This document shows, one piece after another, positions 48,716-61,482 of a stretch of 64,000 nucleotides of DNA. The stretch lies in assembly GCA_964016885.1 (NCBI GenBank), contig OZ024746.1:83390001-83454000 (forward strand). Reading direction: 5' to 3'. The position numbers were made by a program, and so were the translations under genes. How positions within the stretch are numbered: the stretch's first letter is position 1; each line of letters begins with the position of its first letter. Source of the stretch: Eledone cirrhosa (lineage: Eukaryota). Below the pieces are notes generated by a model. The model worked only from the letters and a program-made list of their open reading frames with translations, searched no databases and had not been told where the DNA came from.

Positions 48716-50386
48716 TGGTCAAATGCTATTCCTTATGCCAGTAGTATTTGTCACTTCTTATGACATTCAGAAATGACAAATTTGATGTTCAGAAGTTATC
48801 CTAATACCGGAGCTTGACTGACCACTTCTTTTTTTGTGCCAATTGCTGCCATTAAGACTTACAGTGTCCTTGTCATCCACACTGCCATTTTCCTCTGCAA
48901 AATAAGGAGGAGGGCATTTTACCTGACAAAGGAGCCTCATGGGGTAGAGTAGATGTCGCTAGCTGTTCTCTGCTGCAAACCTTTTACCATCTTGTCCGCA
49001 GGTTGAGATGTACCGATTAGCCAGGGATGTAAAGTTTGTGCCTCCTTCCCTCCTCTTTTTGTTTTCATTATACATTTGTATTTTCTCTCTTGTTTATTAT
49101 TATTAGATAATTAGAGTTAACAAACAAAATGTCACACAAGATCCTTGTGTCTCATACTGATTGGTAGATCCATTTAATTATTCCAGCCATTACTCGTAAC
49201 TGAAGATGACTTGGCTGCATGTACAATGCTTTCACTGGTGGTTTCATGTGACATTGTTGTCATAAGCAGATACGAATACGCTCTCTAACCTTTCACCCTT
49301 CACCCAGTCCTATTGATGTGATGGCTCGAAGAAGAGACGGCTGAACCAACAGTGAGCTGGAGCAGCTTTCTTTATTGCTCTTGAAAGAATGAAAGATAAA
49401 CTAGACCTCAGCAGGGTTTGAACAGAGTTCTGGAAGCTGAAACAAATATCTCAATGTATTCTATCTGATAGTTCAATGCCTCTACCAAATCAGTTGTGAT
49501 CCATTGAATAGACTTGTGATCCATTGAATAGACTGTATAAATTAATTTATTTGCAACTGTCCTCAAGTGGTATTGTAAATAATAGCAGAACAGAAGAATG
49601 CAAAGGTTTCTGGTTTCTGGCAGTGGAGAGTGTTTAGAAGGAAGCTAATGCATGTCATGCTCTGAAAGAATTAGATGTGAGTGTGTGGGAAGATGTGATA
49701 TTGATAATTGGATGTATGCATGAGCAGGTGTGTAGAAATATAGGTAGCATTAAAAAGATATAAAAAGGGAGTGTCAACTTCAGTACTGGACTGGTGCTTT
49801 TTTTTTTTATCGAATTTGAAAGGATGAAAAGCAAAGTTGACTTCAGCAGATTTTGAACTCAGGGTGTAGAAAGCCAGAACAAATAGCATCGAACATTCTA
49901 TCTGATGTTTTAACCACTCTACCAATTCACTGCCTTCATTTAACTTTATAACAAGCTAGCGTTTCATTAATTCCTATTTCACCTCTTCTGAATCTGTCAG
50001 GATCTCTTCATATATAAATAAATAAATACAACATCCATCATCATCATCATCATAAGCAGTATTTTTTTGTTTGTTTCTATTGCCATTGTTCTTGAAATAA
50101 ATGTTATATCGTTAGCTGACAGTAGAAAATAAAGATGATTTTCATAAATTATTCTTAACGTATTGTTTCATAAAGCCGCATCAATCATTATCTCTTTTCA
50201 TTCAGTAGAAATGTCTTTTTATCTAATAGCTCATTATTTTCTTTTCTATATTTAAAAATAATTTTATAACTTTTTTTCCTTTATTTTTGAAAGTAGTTTT
50301 TCATTTATTTTCTATAAATTCATTATCGCTTTTTCTTTCCTTCTCACACACTCTGTCTCTTTCTTTTTCCTTTATGTTTGTAGTTT

Positions 50387-50427
<41 letters not shown>

Positions 50428-50959
50428 GTATATATAACGTTCATTTAATACAAACTTATAAATATCCTAACTCATTAATAAAATTGTGTGTGTGTGTTCA
50501 GGTGAGTGCGTGTTCACATTTATGTGTAATTTAGTTAATGAGCAGGAAGGGTTACTAGTGATCATATACAATGTTTGGTCTCAGCAGTTACCATCCAGAA
50601 ATAATCTATGTATGTCACTCTTATTCCAGCTCATTTCTCACTTTCCTATATCCCTGAGGATGACCTTATTAGGTCAGCTGATGATATTGGCAATAATAGA
50701 GAGACTATGATAATCCTGAAAATTTTATTGCTAAGATCTTTTCATTTTTATTAGTTTTAGATTTTTGTTTTTTATTAAAATAGCTGGTGCTAGTGCCTAT
50801 GACATCATTTTCCTTTTTTCCTTTGATGTTGTTCAAAGTAAATCACACACACATGTACACCTGGTCTGAACACAGAGGAACCAAACTCCCACTGTCATCG
50901 CCTCTGTCTCTCCCGCCCTCCCTGTTTCTCACTATTATGAGCAAATGGTGTCTTATGTG

Positions 50960-51400
50960 CTGGCCACCCCGCAGCTCCAACGGACAGAATAGAGAAGGTG
51001 TTTCCCCGGAGGATGGTGAGGGAGATACGCTGGAAGAGCTATTCCAGCTCTCGAGGCTCACTCCTGTGACTAGCCAGCTCTGCACTGATGGTTGTGAGTG
51101 GGAGTTGGCCCCTAGGCCTAGGATACCAGAGGTCTCCACTGCTATGGGCTCAATTGCAAACCTGTTGGAGAGTGACCAATATTTGGAGGGTTTACCTTCC
51201 TCAACCCAAAGTCCAGCAGTGCTTGGGTTTTGTCGTGGCTGGAGAAGCATAGATGGAAGTGGGAAGGTTGCAAATGAGCCATGTGCAGGTTATATAACTA
51301 TATACTGCTTGCCATGGAGGTGGATGCTGTTTGACATATTGTGGGATGTACTAGGCTTTCCTTGATGGCCTGGGTTGGATGGGATATGAGTGAAGAGGGG
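50960..51400 (-). mobile_element. CRE-like (restriction-like endonuclease) non-LTR retrotransposon 3' remnant
   Basis: Minus strand reads EEGKPSKYWSLSNRFAIEPIAVETSGILG and, after a frameshift, LFQRISLTILRGNTFSIL. This matches the recalled K..KY..L....P.AVET.G and LFQR.S..IQRGN motifs. Confidence 0.7.
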
Positions 51401-51654
51401 ACTGTGTTGGGCTGAGAAGGTTTGCCTTAGCTTTCTACACTAGTGTAGTTTTAAAGAAGAAGAGGAATCCAACAGGGTCAGGAGTATACTGGAAGGTGTG
51501 GACCTAAATATTGTATAAATTTAGTTAATGCATTTATAAACTATGGAGGTCATTTAGGCTAGTTTTTATAGTGATAGTTTTACAGTTGATAGCTATTCCA
51601 CATAGATTGAAGGTTATTATAGAAATAACTTTCCCAGAAGTGGTGGTAGCTAAT

Positions 51655-51861
51655 TTAACCCTTTAACATTTACATTACTCTATTTATACTATTATATTTT
51701 CATGGTAAAGGCTTTACCTCACATAATATGGAATCTATGAGATTTTGATATTATTTATTTTGAGAACAATACCTTAATGTTGGCAGGTTACGGCCGGTTT
51801 GAACAGAAAGCGATGAGAGAATTCTGGCCGGATACAGCTGGTTTAAATGCTAAAGGGTTAA
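51655..51861 (-). mobile_element. piggyBac-type MITE
   Basis: Complete copy bounded by TTAA. Confidence 0.88.
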
Positions 51862-53819
51862 TTGAGATACATTGAATAAGTGATTGGCTGAGAAGCTCAG
51901 TAAAACATTTGCACTGGATTCGAACTCAGAACCATAACATGTTAGTCTAAGATATCAGCTCAAGCCATTTTTACTTCACTCTCTCTCCCCTTCATTCTCT
52001 CCCTTCTCTCTCCTCTTCATCCCCTCTTTTTCTCCTCTCTCTCTCTCCATCCACACACACACATACATTATCTAAAACCCATGTTGTAAAATGTCTAAGT
52101 CTCCTACAAGTGTTGATCAAACAAAGACTTTACTGTTGCTTACAGACACTCTGTGAAGGAAGCTGGTGGCAGCGGTGAGAGGGGGTGGGGGCACAACACA
52201 ATAACTTTGCCTTTTTATAGAATCAAATGTTAGTTTTAAAGTCTGACTCATGGTCCTTAATTTTATTTTATTTTTATTATTTATTTATTTATTTAGTATG
52301 GAAGTAGGGGAATTCTGAATAGGAACTGGGATGTGGGTGGTGGTGGTGGTGGTGGTGGTAGCTGGGCCTTGGGAAATGAGATGGTGTGTGTTTGTGTGAA
52401 GTGAGAGAGGGAAAGGAAAGGTAAATGGTTGGAGTGGAAGGGAGGAAGTGGTGGTAATGGTGGTGGTTAGGTCATAACATCCAGTGTGTTTTTTGTGGTC
52501 ATATCCTACTGAGGAGAGAGAAAGAGTGACAGATCATCCAAGGTTTTCTCCGGTGGGTGAGGGTGGTGGGTAGGGGTGAGTTAATAGAAGCAGTGTGTTG
52601 GGGGTAGTGGCAAGGAGAAGATAGTAATCCTTACTGTGTGAGAGTGAGATGCAGGGGATATGTTGAAGTAAGGGGGGGGGGGGGGGGGGACATTAGGATT
52701 TGGTGAGTAAAGTATTGTTTTTCAGGTGGAGGAAACTAGTGCTTTCTTATGGTGGTGGTGGGGAAATAGAAATACAAACCTCAAATTAGGATATCTCCCT
52801 CTCTCCCCTACTTTTCCCCTCTCTATCTCCTCTCCTCTTCTCTCTCTCCCCTTCTCTCTCTCCCCTCCTCTCTATCTCTCTCTCTCCTCTCTCTCTCCTT
52901 CATGTTATCTATTGCTTTACTTTATTTATAGTTCTCTGTTCAATCTCAGTTTCTTCATCTCCTTCTGCTGTTCTTCTAAACATTAGTTGTTTGCCCAGAG
53001 TCAGCCAACAAGAGTGGCTATCTCTATGCCAGTCACTCAACCTGCTAGAAATAACAACTAAATTTCCTATCACACTCTACTTGTCTTCAGAAAGGAAAGA
53101 TGCATTAAATAAAGTCACCCTACCTAGACATACAAAAGGACGGGAGGGTGGTCACTGCTAGAATGCTTGGATCAGACATAACCTGGGGCTAAACAGCATC
53201 ATTCATTCTTTACCTCTTTTTATACACCTCATCCACTATAATATTCACTATTCCTTTTATCTCACAACATGGGGGTTAATTTCTCAGTCTATCTCTATCT
53301 ATCTCTCTCAATTTTTTCTCTCTCCCTCTCTCACACAACAAAAATATAATGAAATCAAAACCTGTTATGCATTGCCCCAAAAAGTCAGTGGTGTTGGCCT
53401 AAAATGGTAAAGTTGTTTAAACACTTTAGTTCATTTACTTTGATTACTTGAGTGATCTAGGTTCAAATCCTGCTAAAGCTTCTTTTTTCTTCTTTTTTTT
53501 TCTGGAATTGCACCATTACAATATTTAAATAAATATATCAATAATCTACACACACGTTTGTTTTAAATTTTTTATATATGTATTTAATATCATCATCATT
53601 ATCTTCCATCATAATTTTATGTAAGAGCCTTTGTTGAGTTATGTTTCAAACACCAACTAAATAAGAAAGTTATTTTACAATTCCTGGTTATCTTCAAAAT
53701 TATTTGATGCACATAGGTTATGTATTCCATTAGAAATATGGTAACAAAAAGGTTAATGACAGTAAATGTCATTTTTTAATATATGTATGTGTGTATATAT
53801 ATATCATCATCATCATCAT

Positions 53820-54024
53820 TTAACCCTTTAGCATTCACATTACTCTACATTTACTATTGTATTTTCACAGAAAAGTCTTTATCTCACATAATATTGAATC
53901 TGAGATTTTTAGATTATTTATTTTGAGAACACTACCTTAATGTTGGTATGAGGGGGCCGGTTTGAACAGAAAGAGGTGAGAGAATTCTGGCTGGATACGG
54001 CCGGTTTAAATGCTAAAGGGTTAA
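53820..54024 (-). mobile_element. piggyBac-type MITE inserted in a SINE tail, ~190 bp upstream of the distal HAT1 exon
   Basis: catcatcat-ttaa[MITE]ttaa-tatccattttccgcacttgcatggg. Confidence 0.88.
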
Positions 54025-54212
54025 TATCCATTTTCCGCACTTGCATGGGTTAGGCGGGTTTTCATGTTATGGAACAAGTCAGGTTCGGAGACCATGTCAT
54101 GCTCGTACGGATCTGTATTTTGACTTTGTTTCTAACACCAACCACATTATATATATATTTGTATTTGGTTATTTATATATTTTTATTTTTATTTCTTTTT
54201 TTTTTTTTTCAG

Positions 54213-54389
54213 AAAAACGGTCGGGACTTTAAAAAATTAGAAACTATCCTTCAACCTGATGAATTATCAGCCACGATGCCAAACCTAAATGCTGAACAGA
54301 AGTATGCTCTGCTTGATAAACAATTCAACGAGACAGTGCAGATCTATCACCACGTCATTGATCGTTTGCAGTGTTTGGCAGAGCCTTAA
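54213..54389 (+). CDS. HAT1: Terminal coding exon of histone acetyltransferase type B catalytic subunit (canonical C-terminus)
   Basis: A long poly-T tract plus cag acceptor ends at 54212. The phase-0 reading is KNGRDFKKLETILQPDELSATMPNLNAEQKYALLDKQFNETVQIYHHVIDRLQCLAEP*. It aligns without gaps to the recalled human HAT1 end KKQRDLAKMRKCLRPEELTNQMNQIEISMQHEQLEESFQELVEDYRRVIERLAQE. Confidence 0.85.
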   Translation, partial: KNGRDFKKLETILQPDELSATMPNLNAEQKYALLDKQFNETVQIYHHVIDRLQCLAEP

Positions 54390-55499
54390 CATGTCAATAG
54401 ATTTGGTTGTTAACATAAATGAATACGTAATGAAGTAGAAATCACCTCAAACACCATTTCTCATCAATCAATCAATCAATCTCTCTCTCACTCTCTTTTT
54501 CTCTCTATCTCATCTGTCTTTAGCCATCTTCTCATTAACTTACTCATTAACACACATATCTCTGCATATCTAAAAGAAAAAAAAAAGATCTGTATACATG
54601 AGATTTCCCTTTATAATGCAATCACCCAAATATTAGGTATGTTTATAAATATACTACATATACACATAGATATAAACATTTATGTAGGCACAGTTTTTTT
54701 CTCTATTACAATCCTATTATAATTTAATCACAGTTATTGCGGTGATTGTTTTGTTAATTACCTATAATATTTACACATCTGTAGTTTTCTGTCAGCAACC
54801 CTATATTGGTAGCAACAGTTTCTTTCAAGAATTAATGCCTAATAATAATCTGAAATTGAAAAAGAAAAGTTGTTCTTTTTTTTTAAATAAATATATTTTT
54901 AATTAATATTCACTTAAGTCTATGAGTTAAATAACTTAAAAAAAATTTTACTTTTGTATACTTAGGGATATGTTTGTTTTTTTAGTGGGGGTGGGGACTT
55001 TAACTAACATAGACTTGACTGACTTCATACGCACATATGCTCGCACACATATACACATATATATACTTGTAATTTTTTCATTTACCTATTGCTGAAAATA
55101 AACAAGTTTATAAAATTTAAATAATCCAGTAATGAGTAAAAAAAAATTTTCAAACTAAAGAAGTATTTAGTTTGTTACATTTTCCTTTTTCTACTTTAGA
55201 CCAGATGAAGCAGTGTGCTATGATTAAAAGCATTATGTGGATACTCTGTCTATATTTTTAATGTGTGTATCTAATGTTTCCTTCTTGTTTTAAGACAGTA
55301 AGGTGTGATTTAAAGGAGATTTGGTTGCTATTTTTAACTCAAATTTGAAAGTCAGAGGCTTTGCTTGGGTACTGGCCAGTCTTTGACAACCTGTCCAACA
55401 CTTGCTAATAGGGAAAACAGATGCTAAATAATGATATTGAGGATGATAATATATCACTCTGTAAGGTGGTAGTGCTGGTACCAGGACAAAAAGCACTCG

Positions 55500-55780
55500 G
55501 GTTTATCCTGAGTTTCATGATTCTGTTGATCACTCTACTTACTGCAATTACACTATTTTTCTGCTAACAGGATACTTACTCCACCCAGCCCATGGTCATT
55601 ACCCACCCGAAAAAATTTCTAACATCACTCTTTGCCTATAAGGAATCTAGCAGATGCTCCTGTCCATCTGGTCTCTTGCACGCAACACACGTCCACTTTC
55701 TTTTGTTCTAACATCTCTACAATCTCACCTGATCTTCCTCTCACAATGCCTATGTTGATGATTGCAGCTCTGAAGTTTTG
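55500..55780 (-). pseudogene. RTE LINE apurinic endonuclease domain remnant
   Basis: Minus strand reads INIGIVRGRSGEIVEMLEQKKVDVCCVQETRWTG...GNDHGLGGVSILL...VINRIMKLRI, with internal stops. Confidence 0.8.
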
Positions 55781-56715
55781 AAGTTTTCTGGAAGAAGGGG
55801 TTGGGTACTAGAGTAGGGGAGCAAGATTGATGCTGGTTTTCCATTCCTGAAATAAAGAAGGTTTGTGTTGTCACCCGGAAATGAGTAATGGGTTCATAGT
55901 AAAATAAAAGAGTAACCAACATTGAATTACCTCTAATCATGCATGATCCTCCACTGAAACAAAGCCTTCACCGTCATCTAATATGAAAGCCAACCCATGT
56001 TCTGTTCACATTAACTTGAGCTGCATACCAACTATATTTATTCCTTTGATCCCATTATAACCCTTTCATAACCATCTATTTCAATTAATTAATTGAGGAA
56101 AAGTAACTTAACATATGGTTCTTATATAAAATTATGTTGGAAAAATGAATAGTTTTGTTTGATAGGACCAGAGCTAATATTGACCAGGTTGGCAATGAGG
56201 GACTACTTTGGGTGTCTCCTCTTTCAACCACATTGCACTTATGTTTTTTTTTTATCTGTTCAAAATACTTGCCTAGTTATAAGCATCATCATTTACCACA
56301 TCTATATATCTATATATGTATAAAGAGATCCCCCATAACTCCTTGTGGAGTCGTAGAGGCACAGTTATACGACATCTCTAGGGTGCTTTTAAACCTGGCA
56401 GAGCCCAACCCTTTCCAGGTATGAGCACAGCTGATTTTTTCTATAGATAAGGAATTGGCTCCAGTACTGGACTAGTACTTTTTTATCGACCTCGAAAGGA
56501 TGAAAGTTGACGACGGCGGGATTTGAGCTCAGAGCACGCAATGAGGTGGGACAAATACTGCACCGCATTCTTTCCAACGTCTTAACGACTTTGTTAATTC
56601 GCCTTTTATATATATATATATATATATATGTAGGAGGTGAGTTTTATTGTAGTACAATAAAGCAATGCAGATATCGGATAAGAAGCACTCTACAGTTTGT
56701 GGGACTGGAGTATGC

Positions 56716-57058
56716 ATAATATAAGATCAAAAGATGGTTAAAGGAGTTCCATATATTTTATTATGCGCATTTCAAAAACAAACATCATCAAACAATAATA
56801 TTTGTGTTTTCATCAGATAAAACAGGAGAACATGATATGAAGGCTAAAAAAACACTTGTTGATAGTGCAGTTTTAAATCAACATATCATATGTTGATTTA
56901 AAACTGCACTATCAACAAGTGTTTTTTTAGCCTTCATATCATGTTCTCCTGTTTTATCTGATGAAAACACAAATATTATTGTTTGATGATGTTTGTTTTT
57001 GAAATGCGCATAATAAAATATATGGAACTCCTTTAACCATCTTTTGATCTTATATTAT
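56716..57058. repeat. Perfect palindrome, 171-bp arms, 1-nt spacer (56887)
   Basis: By eye the right arm is the exact reverse complement of the left. Confidence 0.95.
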
Positions 57059-57075
57059 ATATATATATATATATA

Positions 57076-58289
57076 TGAGGTGTGTCAGAAAAGTTCCAGG
57101 ACAAAAGATTTATTTCAAACCCAAACTTCACACTAAGACTTTTCTCCTTCAAAGTAATCCCCCTGGAGTATGTAACTGTAATCTTAGCTCTGCAGCGATC
57201 ATACTTTTTTCTTCATAATTTTATATACATGGAGGCTTAGTGGTTAGAGCATTGGCCTTGCAATCAAAAAGTTGTGAGTTCAATTCTCAGATAGGGTGAT
57301 GTGTTGTTCCCTTGAGCAAGACACTTTATTTCGCATTGCTCCAGTTTACTCAGCTGTAGAAATGAGATGATAGGGACTGGGGTGCCTATCATTCCACTGT
57401 AAAGTGGTCGTGTAGGTGCCACGGAAAAAAAGCACTCAGCACTCACTGTAAATGAGGTTGGTGTTAGGAAGGGCATCCAGCTGTAGAAATCAAGCCAGAA
57501 TCAGTTCCCGTCCCACCCTTGCAAGCAGGGAAAAGCGGACGTAAAAATGATGATGATGATGATGTCCTTTGTTTCAGGTCGTCAAGCAATGAGCACAGAG
57601 CAACGAACGGTTGGGGAAAACTCCGTCAGAAACACTGGGATTGCTGCAGCAAGTGTATGGAGATGAGACGATGTCACGCTCACGTGTTTTTGAGTGGTGC
57701 AAGAGGTTTAAAGAAGGACGCGAGGACATGGAAGATGACCCCAGGAGCGGAAGGCCTTCAACAACCAGGACTGATGTCAACGTTGAGCGCGTCAGGCAGA
57801 TGGTGCGTAGCGATCGTAGGCTGACTGTTCGACTGATGGCAAATGAGCTGGGCATGAACCGGCACAGTGTCTGGAAGATTCTCACTGAAGATTTGGACAT
57901 GCGGAAAGTCTGCGCGAAGATGGTGCCAAAACTGCTGAACAATGACCAGAAGGGTCGACGCATGCAAGTGTGCCAGGACATCCTCGAGCGTCTTGAAATC
58001 GACTTGCTAGGGACAGTCATCACCGGTGATGAGTCATGGATGTTCAAGGGGGGTCATCAAGAGGACCCGTTTTGAAGACGTAGACGACATCAAAAAGGCC
58101 ATGACGACGGAATTGCGGAGGAACCCAGAAGAATCCTTCCAGGAGTGCATGCAAGCGTGCCAGAAAAGGATAGAAAAGTGCATTAGACTCCAGGGGGATT
58201 ACTTTGAAGGATAAAACTCTTAGTGTGAAGCTTGGGTTTGAAATAAATCTTTTGTGACATCAGTCCTGGAACTTTTCTGACACACCTCG
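57076..58289 (+). mobile_element. Internally deleted mariner transposon (transposase pseudogene ~57589-58214) carrying a SINE insertion
   Basis: TIR gaggtgtgtcagaaaagttccaggac is flanked by TA. The protein reads MSTEQR../GKTPSET...VFEWCKRFKEGRED..DDPRSGRP...KVCAKMVPK..TGDESW, jumps over most of the catalytic domain, and resumes at RFEDVDDIK...GDYFEG. Confidence 0.93.
57230..57564 (+). mobile_element. SINE family A, near full length, inside the mariner 5' region
   Basis: tRNA-like head ggcttagtggttagagc...gagttcaattctc and (tga)n tail. Confidence 0.9.
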
Positions 58290-59097
58290 TATGTGTGTGT
58301 GTGTATATATAAATATATATATACTCTTTTACTGGTGTTTCAACTCTCTCACTCTCGTTTCTTTACCTAAAAATGGACATGATTCTGATGAATGGACTGG
58401 AAAATATTCTCTATAAGTTGCTGAGAATTCCCATCAGCAGAGCTGTTCAGAAAAATAATTGGATAGGTCTTAGAAAATATCAGTTTTTCAACTATACAAA
58501 GATATACTATGATGTCACATAATGTTAATAAATTTAATAACTTATGTGATCCATTGAATATCTTAACACTTTTATTAGTTAAAAATACCCTTTCATGCAT
58601 ATAATTAATCATTTCTCCTTGTATTATCCAGAAGGTTAATTACAACATTAGTATATGTGTATGGACACTATCCTGGATATTCAAAATATTGATATGGACA
58701 ATTGGCAATTTCTCCAATAATTGGTAATGAGGGGGAGAGTAGTTTCATTTCTGTCCACAAAGACATTCATTCATCTTCTCCTAAACAGACTTTTTTTAGA
58801 CTAACACACAATAGATATCCACTGTTGTGGCTCACTGTCCTTTATGAAGAATGCTCACTAATTCAGCAAACCAGGCAGAATGTGTTGACCCAGATATCAT
58901 GTTTGTTCACTACAGAATATGTTGTCCAAGATATCACTTTTGTTCACTGTAGAATGGACTGTAAATTTGGCCAGAGATTTTACAACTGGATACCCTTCCT
59001 AACACCAAACAAATTTACAGTATGGAACTGGATGGTACCGTTATGAGGACGTGAAATATAGAAAAACAAACGTCCACCATTTTATGCATTTCCTATT

Positions 59098-59294
59098 TAC
59101 GAGGATTGGTTGAAAAGTTCATAGGCTGTCGAAGATACTCTCATGGAAGACCTAATGAGGTGTATATTTCAACATAGTCCCTGGAAAGAAACAATGCCGG
59201 TATTAATAAGAAGAGTTGAAATAAATGCAAGATTTTACAGCACTAGCATCACTCCTTCATAGTCAGCCTATGAACTTTTCAACCTGCCCTCATA
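59098..59294. mobile_element. Mariner-derived MITE
   Basis: tacgaggattggttgaaaagttcataggctg / cagcctatgaacttttcaacctgccctcata. Confidence 0.82.
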
Positions 59295-59439
59295 TGTGAT
59301 AATTTCATTGCCCAAATATCAAACCAGCTAAGTTCTCTATAGATGTAAAGATTTGAAACTAATTCTACTCAGTTTAAATATTAGATCAGTCAATTCTGGA
59401 AGAACACGATGGATGACAGAAAGCTTGAATAGGTCCTTG

Positions 59440-59655
59440 TTAACCCTATAGTATTTAAACCGGCTATATCCGGCCAGAATTCTCTCACCTTTTTCTGTTC
59501 AAACTGGTCATAACCGTCCACTCATACCAACATTAAGGTATTGTTCTCAAAATAAATAATATCAAAATCTTGTAGATTTGATATTATGTGTGGTAAAGCC
59601 TTTACTGCGAAAATACAATAGTAAATATAGAGAAATGTAAATACGAAAGGGTTAA
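59440..59655 (+). mobile_element. piggyBac-type MITE
   Basis: Complete copy bounded by TTAA. Another lies at 60531-60736 (minus). Confidence 0.86.
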
Positions 59656-59989
59656 GCAGAAGATTCATCATAACTGCTGGACGAAATATCAGTGACATAA
59701 TGAACTCATCAACCAGAGGAAAAAATCATTCCTAAACAAAATAATATTAGTGAAAGATAACAGAATCTAACATCTGGACAAGTCATGAACAAAAACTTAA
59801 TAGGATCAAGGCATGCCAAATAGAGAAACTTCAGAGGTTGAAAGATCATAGTATGGTATGGCTGTGTGCTGCATGGCCAAATAGTTAAGGAGTTTGCTTC
59901 ACAATCATTGAATCCCAGGTTCTATCCCACTGAATGGCATCTTAGACAAGTGTCATTTACCATAGAATCTGATTGACATGTGCATGTTA

Positions 59990-60316
59990 TGGAGGCATAT
60001 GGCTTAGTGGTTAGAGCATTGGCCTTGCAATCGAAAGGTTGTGAGTTCAATTCTCAGACCGGGTGATGTGTTGTTTCCTTGAGCAAGACACTTTATTTCA
60101 GATTGCTCCAGTTTATTCAGCTGTAGAAATGAGATGATAGGGACTGGGGTCCCTATCATTCCACTGTAAAGTGGTCGTGTAGGTGCCACAGCAAAAACCA
60201 CCCAGCACTCACTGTAAATGAGGTTGGTGTTAGGAAGGGCATCCAGCTGTAGAAATCAAGCCAGAATCAGTTCCCGTCCCACCCTTGCAAGCAGGGAAAA
60301 GTGGACGTAAAATGAT
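59990..60316 (+). mobile_element. SINE family A, full length
   Basis: A/B-box-like head tggcttagtgg / gagttcaattc, internal hairpin gatagggac-tggg-gtccctatc, RTE-type tail. Confidence 0.9.
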
Positions 60317-60834
60317 GTGTACCTGTAATTCAAAGATCCAGCCTTGCCCCACACTGTATCATGCTGAATCTCCTTGTCTGTGGAATACTCAGCCTTTTAC
60401 GTGTTAATTTCATGAGTGGGCTGTTATGTTGATCAAACAACTGAAGCAGTCATCATTGAAACATTCCAGTATATAAGACAAAGTTCATCATAAGTCTATG
60501 AAAGCCATTGTCAACGTCAGTAAATACCAGGTAACCTTTTAACATTTATATTACTCTATATTTACTATTGTATTTTCATGATAAACACTTTATCTCACAT
60601 AATATTGAATCTACGAGATTTTGATATTACTTATTTTAAGAACAATACCTTAACATAAGTATGAGCAGCCAGTTTGAACAGAAAGAAGTGAGAGAATTCT
60701 GACTGGATACAGCTAGTTTAAATACTAAAGGGTTAAATATGTCTGAGGAAACATGGCTAAACAAAAATCTCAACTTTACAACAACCATTGAATGAGTTCT
60801 ATACTTTGAAGTAATATCTCCAATTGAGGAAGTC

Positions 60835-61482
60835 ATCATCATCGTTTAACGTCCATCTTCCATGCTTGCATGGGTTTGGACAGGAATTTTCCCACTTGAG
60901 GCAAGATTGGTTGTCTGGCGGGTTTTCTACAGCTGGATGCCCTTCTTAACACCAACCACGTTTACAGTGTGGACTGGGAGGTTTTTACCATGTTACCTAC
61001 ACGGCTACATTACAGCGTGGACTGTGTGTTTTTTTGTTGTGACACCTGCACGACCTCATTTATTTCGGACTGGATGCTGTGGTACCAACATAACTTTACA
61101 TCGAAAGGGGGGGTAGTGGGACAGGGGTGTATTTTTGTTAAGAGGTGCCTACTGACTGTAGGTTTCGCTTTGTACTTAGGCAAGGCGGGTCTTCTGTATT
61201 ACTGTGTAGCGCCAAAGATCTCGGTCCAGTGACATTGTCTTGGAAAGGTGTAAGTGTGTGAGGTCGGAATTTATCAAGTCGTCCCAGGTTTTTCTGGGTC
61301 TGCCTACTCCATGGCTACCGTCTATTTTTATCGCCCTGCACTTTTTTATACAGCTGTCTTTCATGCGCATTACGTGACCATATCAACGTAGTCTTCTCTC
61401 GAGTAAACAATATCTGATCCCTCTTATTCCTAATTTCTCCCTTAGTTCGTTTATGCTTTGCCGTTCACGTATATTACTATTA
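60835..61482 (-). mobile_element. RTE-clade LINE 3' fragment with intact 3' UTR
   Basis: Minus ORF MKDSCIKKCRAIKIDGSHGVGRPRKTWDDLINSDL...RDLWR. Near-identical to 38760-38990. Confidence 0.92.

Noticed and set aside
50787-51365. 192-aa plus-strand ORF
   Set aside because: It is antisense to a CRE-like retrotransposon remnant.
52130-52990. G-rich/GGT tract, poly-G and tttcag acceptor with an 86-aa ORF
   Set aside because: Low-complexity sequence with no recognisable protein. G-quadruplex potential alone is not informative.
58340-58945. Possible decayed transposase-like coding remnant (also ~23560-23980, ~48860-49030)
   Set aside because: The motif hints are too weak to assign without a translated search.
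59990-60062. tRNA-like sequences (also ~19345, ~25146, ~57230)
   Set aside because: These are SINE heads followed by SINE bodies, not tRNA genes.
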